Shown: positions 25,131 through 31,867 of the stretch, in pieces
Position numbering within the stretch: position 1 is the first letter of the stretch
How the letters are laid out: the number at the start of each line of letters is the position of its first letter
Virus record (IMG/VR): IMGVR_UViG_3300027743_000068
Location: 1-31,867 of that record
Direction: 5' to 3' (one strand)
Length of the DNA: 31,867 nucleotides
Source of the DNA: a virus
Lineage: Duplodnaviria; Caudoviricetes
Program-made: the position numbers and the translations under genes
The notes under the pieces: model-generated
Seen by the model: the letters and a program-made list of their open reading frames with translations, nothing else
The model's database searches: none
What the model was told of the DNA's origin: nothing

Positions 25131-27479
25131 TTAACTTTCTCCTTTGTTTTTTAATGTCTGTAATGTTTGACTTAAAATTAATAATGTTTGCTCTAATTCT
25201 TCAGGATTCAAATTCATCAAAGATTCTAAAATTTCACTTTGTTGCTCTTCGGGAATTTGACCGAGCATTTGGATAAATTCTGGAAAGTCTTGCTCAAGCT
25301 GTTGCATAAAACCATCATAATCCTTTGTTTCTTCTTGCTGTTGCCCTTGATTCATTTGCATTTCTTGTTGTTTCATTTTATTTGATTCCTGCATGTTTTG
25401 TTTATTCAAATCTGTATCTTGCTGCCTAAATGTATTTTCAACTTGCTTTTGCTGTCCATCTTGTATTATTTTCATCTTTTCTAAGTTTAATTTTTCTTCT
25501 TCCATTTTCATTTTGTGCTGTATTTGCTGGGCTTCTAACTGCATTTTTTGCATATTTGCCTCTTGCATTGCCTGCTGCTGTGCCTTTATATCTTCCAAAA
25601 CTTTTTCTAAAGGCGGTATTTTACCCTCTTCTAGAGTATACAACACATGTTCCGGCAAAAATATTTGTCTATTTTGTAGCTCAAAAGCTGTTGTAGTCCA
25701 GTAATTTCTATCAGTCGGCTTTTCATCCATGATTTTAACATTTACTTCGAATTCAGGGACAAATATTTCACTTTTGCCGTCTCGCTCCCATGCAAACATC
25801 ATCATTGTATTATTAAAATTGCCAGTATTCATTTTTCCATCTTCGGATTTTACTCTATACCATCTATCATGGGTATAGAATTGTGCAAAAAGTTCAATTC
25901 TCAACTCATTTACTTCTACTAGGAAATCTTCTAAAATATCACTTGCTGATTTTGTTCTTATATCTGTTCTAGCTCCAAGTTCTGCAATAGCCTTGTATGG
26001 CATGTTTGCACTTGGCGACATTCCTTGTTGTATAGGAGTTACAGAGCTTATTGTCTCTATCATCCTCTGTTTATGTTCTTTATAATTAACCAAGCTTGCT
26101 GGGCTTGTTACATTTTGACGAGGTAAAATTTGGTTAATATTGTCTACCTCGAACATCATGCCGCCTTTGCTAGAGTTGTCTAAGATAGCTCTTTTTTGGG
26201 TAGGACTCAACGAGCCTTTTTGATAAAACTCTTGTCCTAGTCCTTGTCTGCTAAATGCGTCCATCTCAAGCTCGTCCGCTTTGTTGTGTAGAATTTGAGG
26301 GATTGTTATATTTTTAATCTCACCAAATCCCATCTGGTTATCTTGGTCATAATATCGACATTTAAATACAAATGGATATCTCCCATGATCATAGATATAT
26401 GGAATATATTCCAAAAATATTCCATTCGCTGCATATGCTAGATGTATTCCATCTAGTTTTCCCTCTGCCATATCTGCATATTCTTGACTTTTATATTCGT
26501 CGATATCTTTGTATTTTTCGGAAAGTTCTAAAAGTTCATTTCTTCTATTTGCTGGCATAAATTTTGGTTTTCCTCTATGCCAGTGCTCCACAAGCCAGGT
26601 TTGCTCGTGGCTCTGTCCTTCGTCTTGGTATATATCCCTCTCATTATCTTCTTCAGCTACAAACTTTCCATCTTTCCATCTATTTTTAATATAGCTTAAT
26701 TTCTTCCTAAACTTTCTATTTATAAAACTGCATTCTTGCAGTCGTTCTCCAAGGTCAACTATTGCAGGGTCTGGGTAAAATTCCTCTTTTTTTACAACTA
26801 CAATTTTAATATCACCAATCCAACGCTCCGGGCCTCTCCCGCCAATCCAATCATTATCCCAGATTACGGCCGCAATTGCTGGGCCATGCTTTATAAATTC
26901 TCCTACAATTCTTTTCCACTTTGCCTTAAACTTATTTCTTTTATCGTTAAATTTCGACATAAAAGTAAGTCTTTTGCTTACTTCTGTTCTTGTCATATTT
27001 GGTATAATAGGCTTTACTTCTGCCATGTCTTGCTGCTGCAACTGCATAGCTTGTTGTTCTGGCTGCTGCATATCTTGCTGATTGTCTATTTCGTTATCGT
27101 CTATCGATTCAATTTTTGCGTCGGGCGTATTTGCTGCAATATTGCTTACTACATTTTCTATAGTATTAAAGACAAAGTTGTCTACAGAGTTTTGACGTTT
27201 TTTCATTGTTGTAACAGAACGATTTACATGGCTCGTATTCCAATGGTCGCCTTTATACATCTTGTGTTCATCCTGCCATTGTGTTTCAAGTCCAACGCTC
27301 AACGTTCTTCCATAATCGTCCGTTGTGCTAGTTCTTCCTGTCTCTGCTCTCTCTTGACAATCTTCTATAAGAAATAATAATTTTCTTTGTGCTTCTGTAT
27401 ATTCATTTATATTTTTTTGCTGCTCTGATTCAGGTTTGATTAACTTTTTAAAATCATTATCGATTAATTTTTCAGACAT
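25131..27479 (-). CDS. Portal protein (P22-like, long Q-rich C-terminal barrel)
   Basis: 782 aa after TerL; EFYPDP, YDHGRYPFV, GFGEI, ETISSV..IQQG motifs; Q-rich coiled-coil tail. Confidence 0.88.
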   Translation of the reverse strand: MSEKLIDNDFKKLIKPESEQQKNINEYTEAQRKLLFLIEDCQERAETGRTSTTDDYGRTLSVGLETQWQDEHKMYKGDHWNTSHVNRSVTTMKKRQNSVDNFVFNTIENVVSNIAANTPDAKIESIDDNEIDNQQDMQQPEQQAMQLQQQDMAEVKPIIPNMTRTEVSKRLTFMSKFNDKRNKFKAKWKRIVGEFIKHGPAIAAVIWDNDWIGGRGPERWIGDIKIVVVKKEEFYPDPAIVDLGERLQECSFINRKFRKKLSYIKNRWKDGKFVAEEDNERDIYQDEGQSHEQTWLVEHWHRGKPKFMPANRRNELLELSEKYKDIDEYKSQEYADMAEGKLDGIHLAYAANGIFLEYIPYIYDHGRYPFVFKCRYYDQDNQMGFGEIKNITIPQILHNKADELEMDAFSRQGLGQEFYQKGSLSPTQKRAILDNSSKGGMMFEVDNINQILPRQNVTSPASLVNYKEHKQRMIETISSVTPIQQGMSPSANMPYKAIAELGARTDIRTKSASDILEDFLVEVNELRIELFAQFYTHDRWYRVKSEDGKMNTGNFNNTMMMFAWERDGKSEIFVPEFEVNVKIMDEKPTDRNYWTTTAFELQNRQIFLPEHVLYTLEEGKIPPLEKVLEDIKAQQQAMQEANMQKMQLEAQQIQHKMKMEEEKLNLEKMKIIQDGQQKQVENTFRQQDTDLNKQNMQESNKMKQQEMQMNQGQQQEETKDYDGFMQQLEQDFPEFIQMLGQIPEEQQSEILESLMNLNPEELEQTLLILSQTLQTLKNKGES

Positions 27480-27495
27480 TTTATACCTCTTTTAT

Positions 27496-27521
27496 GCAAA
27501 AATAAAAAGCCCATCAGGCTT
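27496..27521 (-). terminator. Possible terminator upstream of portal
   Basis: Minus strand agcc-tgatg-ggct then ttttatttt. Confidence 0.45.
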
Positions 27522-27897
27522 ATGCTAAGCTTGTATTTTCTTCATTTTCGTCAAGTATTTCTATTTGCTTCTGTCGAACTAATATTTTGAATCGATTTAT
27601 TGCGTCTTCTAAGTTTTCACTCTGCACATATCCGTATTTTTCCGACTCTATGTAAAACACTTTACTATATCCATTATATTTTACATCTTCATTTAGTCCT
27701 CCCCATTTAAGTTGTTTTACATATACTGTATTTTCGATTGGTTTTTTAGTATCAGGTAATTTATTTTCATACTCACCAAGCAAGATATCAGTAATTATAT
27801 TTCTAATTTCTTCTATTTCTTCAACCCTTATGGTATCATCTTTAACTTGTTTAACTCTGTTATTTATTGCCTGCATTATTTTGAGATATTTAATCAT
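27520..27897 (-). CDS. Hypothetical protein, 125 aa
   Basis: CGGAGG RBS; overlaps upstream ORF. Confidence 0.65.
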   Translation of the reverse strand: MIKYLKIMQAINNRVKQVKDDTIRVEEIEEIRNIITDILLGEYENKLPDTKKPIENTVYVKQLKWGGLNEDVKYNGYSKVFYIESEKYGYVQSENLEDAINRFKILVRQKQIEILDENEENTSLA

Positions 27898-28123
27898 TGT
27901 AATCCTCCGTATACTTAGTTACTTCTTCGTAAAACATTTTGTTAATTTCTTCTTGATTAATTTTGCCTTGGATCTCTTTTTGTTTTTCTTTGGTTTGGAA
28001 AATAAAAGTTTCTGCCTTGCTTTTTAAGTACTCTAGTGCAATATCTAGCTCACTTATATTGTCTATATTTATAGTAGCGTCGTTTATGCTGCCGTTTTTC
28101 TCTATTATTATTGTTACTTTCAT
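27890..28123 (-). CDS. Hypothetical protein, 77 aa
   Basis: AGGA RBS; starts 5 nt after the TerL stop. Confidence 0.6.
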   Translation of the reverse strand: MKVTIIIEKNGSINDATINIDNISELDIALEYLKSKAETFIFQTKEKQKEIQGKINQEEINKMFYEEVTKYTEDYND

Positions 28124-28127
28124 ATAA

Positions 28128-29861
28128 TCATCCTATATAAGTAATTTGTTGTCTGCTTGTTTCCCTTGCAATCATGTCAGAGAACAATAAATCATCATGC
28201 TTGCCGCTCATTGCGTCGGGCCTGCCGTTGTCATCCTCTACAAATGTAAGCATTTCTCTGAGCGTGTCTATATGTACTATTTTGTCAATATTGCTTTCAA
28301 TCAGGTCAATTTCTTTGTCTATTATTAATGGTCTTGTAGTTCCATCTGTTTTCCAGCCATATTTTTTCTCATATCTGCCTGTGAAATCGTCATATTTTTC
28401 CCTTTGATACATCTTGAAGTATTTAAGTCTTTCTAATTCTTCGACAGGAGCGGTATTAAAGTTTATCTCAATTGCAATTAAAGCGTCGTTATAGTACTTT
28501 CCAAGGCAATAAAGTTGATGTGTAAAAGGTTTACTATTGTTTATTTTCATCCTCATTACTGCTACTTGTTTTTTGGATATATTATCTATTACTGTAGCAG
28601 TGTAATAGTCTTTACCTTCGCCCTTTGTGTCTGCTCCTATGCAATATGGATAGCCTTTTTTTGGTTCTTCATATATAACTATATTTTCAAGCTTTTCACC
28701 TTCAACATTTCTATTTATTTTGGCGACAAACTTAATGCTGCTATCTATAATATAATCTTTGTTTTCTTCATCATTCCATGTATATTCAAATTTGCCTTGC
28801 CACAATAATTTATATTGCTTTAATAATACATTTATTCTAGCCATAACTTTGTTTGTGTTAAATACTGGTTTTCCGCTGAATATAAAGGCTTCCTCTGGAA
28901 ATGATGGATTTTCCTGCTTCATTTTGTCAGGATTATTATTACACTTTACTTTTTTAGTATATCTATACCAATTCAATTGTTCTAAAGTAAGATTAAACCT
29001 GTCTTTTATATCTTTCTCGTATTCGTCCATGGATAGTATAAAGCTTTTCTTTTCTTCTGACGAAAATTCCTTTGAATATTCATCCATAAAAAACCATGGA
29101 AAAAACAAGGGAGTCCAGCCGTTCTCTCCAGCTACTGCCTTATCCCAAACATCTTTAAAATCGTTATATCCCTTTGCTGTACTCTCTATTATTGCAATTG
29201 TATTAATATTTTCGGGAACTGCTTGCATAATTGCAGTCAATTGGTTGGATGGGCTATTGTCATTACTACCTTTCCAAAATGCATACTCTGACATATGAAC
29301 ATAACTGTAAGTATCTCCACGCCCTATGCTTTCTTTTCCTGCTATTTTTACTACAATCTTGCTATTTAAGCCTTTTTCATTACCTTGATAGTTTCGAGGT
29401 GTATTAAAAATAAGTTCCCTTGCATTTGAAGCTCTTTGCAATGGCTTAACATTATCATTAAGATTCTCATACATAAATTTAGACTTTGCAAATATTGCAT
29501 TTGTTGAGTCCTGCTCATGCGCAACAATCAAGCTATTTCTATCCTGATTCTGACTGCTATCAGCCATCATTTTACCTTGAAAGTATGTAGTTACACCTTC
29601 TTGCCTTGCTTTTAAAATTACTATCCTTGGCGGTGTTCCTCCATTTTTTAGCTCATTTATCTTATCCTCAATTGCTAATTGAGTCTTGTTTAATTTTAGT
29701 GTTTGTCTTATCTTATCTTTATTTATAATCCATATATATCTTGACATAAAATCTATGTCAGATAATTTTGTTTCTGCTATTTTTGTATTTTCTTCAACAT
29801 TTGCCCTTACATATTTATATGTATTATTTATTCTATCTATTGTTTTTGATTTTAGTTTCAT
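28128..29861 (-). CDS. terL: Terminase large subunit
   Basis: LKARQEGVTT (Walker A), VHMSEYAFW (Walker B), IESTAKG, FFPW, IGADTKG, IEIN, GKHDDL nuclease motifs. Confidence 0.95.
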   Translation of the reverse strand: MKLKSKTIDRINNTYKYVRANVEENTKIAETKLSDIDFMSRYIWIINKDKIRQTLKLNKTQLAIEDKINELKNGGTPPRIVILKARQEGVTTYFQGKMMADSSQNQDRNSLIVAHEQDSTNAIFAKSKFMYENLNDNVKPLQRASNARELIFNTPRNYQGNEKGLNSKIVVKIAGKESIGRGDTYSYVHMSEYAFWKGSNDNSPSNQLTAIMQAVPENINTIAIIESTAKGYNDFKDVWDKAVAGENGWTPLFFPWFFMDEYSKEFSSEEKKSFILSMDEYEKDIKDRFNLTLEQLNWYRYTKKVKCNNNPDKMKQENPSFPEEAFIFSGKPVFNTNKVMARINVLLKQYKLLWQGKFEYTWNDEENKDYIIDSSIKFVAKINRNVEGEKLENIVIYEEPKKGYPYCIGADTKGEGKDYYTATVIDNISKKQVAVMRMKINNSKPFTHQLYCLGKYYNDALIAIEINFNTAPVEELERLKYFKMYQREKYDDFTGRYEKKYGWKTDGTTRPLIIDKEIDLIESNIDKIVHIDTLREMLTFVEDDNGRPDAMSGKHDDLLFSDMIARETSRQQITYIG

Positions 29862-30321
29862 AAAAATCTTTTATAATATCAATTACCTCATCCTGATAAT
29901 TTTCTATAACTTTGTTTATTTTATCTATTTCTGCTTTATCATTTTCGATTTTTATTTTATGTTCAAGCTCTTTATCAAAATCACTTATATTTCTTAGAAG
30001 ATACCTTATCGCTTGAGTATCTGGTGGATAATATTCCTCATATTCAACAATCTTCCCTGTATGTGTTATCTTTTCAATTTTTTCTTTAAATCCTGTTGCT
30101 TTTTTAATAAGTGCCTTTTTTGCATCTGTTTTGGCATTTAATGCTTTGTTATATAAATCTCTAAAGCTTTTATATTTATTTAACCATGTATAAAAAGTAT
30201 TCTTGGATACTCCTATTGTCTCCCAAATAATTTGATTACTTACATTTTTTAATTTTAGTTCAAACATTATATTGTCATATTTTTTTTTATATTTCTGCCC
30301 ATATCTCATGTAATCACTCAT
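29833..30321 (-). CDS. terS: Terminase small subunit
   Basis: HTH IWETIGVSKNTFYTW, ALIKKATG, PPDTQAIRYLLRN; overlaps TerL start. Confidence 0.85.
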   Translation of the reverse strand: MSDYMRYGQKYKKKYDNIMFELKLKNVSNQIIWETIGVSKNTFYTWLNKYKSFRDLYNKALNAKTDAKKALIKKATGFKEKIEKITHTGKIVEYEEYYPPDTQAIRYLLRNISDFDKELEHKIKIENDKAEIDKINKVIENYQDEVIDIIKDFYETKIKNNR

Positions 30322-30850
30322 TCATAAATATTTCCTCTGGTAAATATTTTATTGTTGAATTTATATTTTTATGTCCTAATTTCCTCTTAACTCTGTATAT
30401 ATCACCTTTTTTAAATTCATTATATGCAAATGTTTTTCTAAATATATGCGTTCCATATGCTCCGCGTAGTTTTGGTATACTAGAAAATATTTCCCTAAAT
30501 ACCTGTTTTACTCTACTTGCTGATATATGATATAATTTACCTTTTTTACTATACAAACTTCTTGGAAATAAGTAGTCTCGTGACCCTAGTCCTAAGATAT
30601 ACTCAATTGCGGATTGCGGCATATCAGCGTGATTGAAACACCTTTTTGCTTTAGTTTTTTTCTCTTCAAAAAAAAGAGTCACGACTGAACCATTACAAAT
30701 GTGCATTTTTTTCAAATCTATGACATCACACATTCTATATCCACAGCTAAACATAAGCTCTGCCATAACTCCATATTTAGTATCTACTTTGTATGATAAT
30801 CTTATTACTTTTTTAATTGTCTGTTTATGCATAATCGGAAAACATATCAT
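30314..30850 (-). CDS. Tyrosine recombinase, catalytic domain only
   Basis: GYRMCD (R), EKKT (K), HIFRK (HxxR), LGH, STIKYL (Y); GGAGG RBS; overlaps terS. Confidence 0.9.
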   Translation of the reverse strand: MICFPIMHKQTIKKVIRLSYKVDTKYGVMAELMFSCGYRMCDVIDLKKMHICNGSVVTLFFEEKKTKAKRCFNHADMPQSAIEYILGLGSRDYLFPRSLYSKKGKLYHISASRVKQVFREIFSSIPKLRGAYGTHIFRKTFAYNEFKKGDIYRVKRKLGHKNINSTIKYLPEEIFMNE

Positions 30851-31032
30851 TCAATAAAATCCTCCAAAATAAAAAAAGGTCATCAGTTACATTTATTTAT
30901 AATTATTAACTTATATTACTTATTTATTTGTAAATACGCTCTAGTAAAATATATATATAACAACAATATAAACTGTCTCTATTCTCTATAATAGCTACTT
31001 AATAAACTGTAAAAAAATAAGTTGTAATCATT

Positions 31033-31079
31033 AATTAATTACATGTAAATATTTAGGATATGTTCACATGTAATTAATT
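31033..31079. repeat. 14 bp perfect inverted repeat, 19 bp spacer
   Basis: aattaattacatgt (31033-31046) / acatgtaattaatt (31066-31079). Confidence 0.8.
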
Positions 31080-31087
31080 TTAAAATT

Positions 31088-31243
31088 TTAATTTTTGCAG
31101 TTTATATCTATTGTTAATTTTTGTTTATTCTTTTTTAATTCCTGATCTATATCTATAATTTTAGACTGCAAACAAAAAGGACATATAATTGTCCATGCTT
31201 TGCTTGTCTTTTTACATTTATCACAATTTAAAAATATGCTCAT
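31088..31243 (-). CDS. 51 aa zinc-ribbon-like peptide (not in ORF track)
   Basis: MSIFLNCDKCKKTSKAWTIICPFCLQS...; CxxC-x10-CxxC; no clear RBS. Confidence 0.45.
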   Translation of the reverse strand: MSIFLNCDKCKKTSKAWTIICPFCLQSKIIDIDQELKKNKQKLTIDINCKN

Positions 31244-31253
31244 ATATTTTAAT

Positions 31254-31342
31254 TAGAGATATGTGTTTTATATATTTTTAAAGGAACTGGGATAGGAAGT
31301 CTAGTATTTGAAACGGGAATATATCTATTACACATATCTCTA
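31254..31342. repeat. 13 bp perfect inverted repeat, 63 bp apart
   Basis: tagagatatgtgt (31254-31266) / acacatatctcta (31330-31342). Confidence 0.75.
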
Positions 31343-31486
31343 TATTTTCACAAAAAAATAGCCGTTCAGGACGACTTAATTTATATTTCCTATTCTCTTA
31401 GATTTTTTTCGTCCACTGCTGGACATCTTAATAATAGCAGCAAGCATAAACTAAAACAAGTGACAATATAGTACAAAAAAAGTGTC

Positions 31487-31531
31487 ATAAAAGTATAATT
31501 ATCAGCTATATTTCTATAATTATACTTTTAT
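31487..31531. repeat. 16 bp perfect inverted repeat, 13 bp spacer
   Basis: ataaaagtataattat (31487-31502) / ataattatacttttat (31516-31531). Confidence 0.8.
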
Positions 31532-31681
31532 TTCAAGCCCCCTAAAAGCTGAAAAGCATTACTAGCTTTTATGGTATAATTTATACGCAAAATTTACATA
31601 ATATAGGAAACTTGTGTTCATAAATACTATTATTCAAGAAATAAATGAATATATCAAAATGTCAATATAGGTAAAACATTT

Positions 31682-31867
31682 ATGTATATTATCTTGCTGG
31701 ATCAATTATCTGATAAAAGGATTGACTATAAAAAACCAAGACATCAAGGTATTACATATATAATAGATAAATTCCAAGGATTTGATAAAGAAAACTTTTC
31801 TATTATATCTCCCATGATAGATATAGTCAAAATATACGGAGCTTATCCTCTCTTAATACCCGAAGAG
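31682..31867 (+). CDS. Possible 3'-truncated hypothetical ORF
   Basis: ATG 31682 stays open for 62 codons to the window end (MYIILLDQLSDKRIDYKKPRHQG...); weak AGGT RBS. Confidence 0.35.
   Translation, partial: MYIILLDQLSDKRIDYKKPRHQGITYIIDKFQGFDKENFSIISPMIDIVKIYGAYPLLIPEE

Larger units (their letters stand above)
1..31867. mobile_element. Temperate podovirus-like phage/prophage (partial) with accessory DNA-translocase module
   Basis: Complete packaging-head-short tail-lysis gene order plus a serine integrase; replication and immunity genes are not in the window. Confidence 0.88.

Noticed and set aside
26736-29298. Long plus-strand ORFs 26736-27377 and 28759-29298
   Set aside because: Antisense shadows of portal and TerL.
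30860-31867. CRISPR array or tRNA in the non-coding end
   Set aside because: Only unrelated inverted repeats; no spaced direct repeats or cloverleaf seen.
1-31867. Stop-codon reassignment
   Set aside because: Core genes are full length under the standard bacterial code and TAA, TAG and TGA all end genes.

Overview
Low-GC, Firmicutes-type (probably Clostridia) temperate phage or prophage segment. The minus strand (about 30850 to 6585) is one late operon with podovirus-like architecture: catalytic-domain tyrosine recombinase, TerS, TerL, two unknown ORFs, portal, scaffold, decoration protein, Mu gpT-like major capsid, beta-helix fibre/spike, small fibre proteins, adaptor, nozzle, three ejection-type proteins (coiled coil, NlpC/P60, ~1700 aa with HExxH), three small membrane proteins, Amidase_3-SPOR endolysin and a MazG-like gene. 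No tail tube or tape measure is recognisable. The plus strand (1-6584) converges on it: 3' end of a large serine recombinase, an RHH-like regulator, then a membrane-protein operon ending in an FtsK/SpoIIIE ATPase. The most novel-looking system is this operon. The ATPase and a multi-TM protein end in similar winged-helix-like tails, no relaxase is visible in the window, an orphan VbhA-like antitoxin sits inside it, and antisense promoter/terminator signals flank it. That resembles Streptomyces TraB/Spd dsDNA transfer, here beside or inside a podophage. The right end is an AT-rich, palindrome-rich region with a dif-like site. All calls come from manual motif reading; no searches were run.
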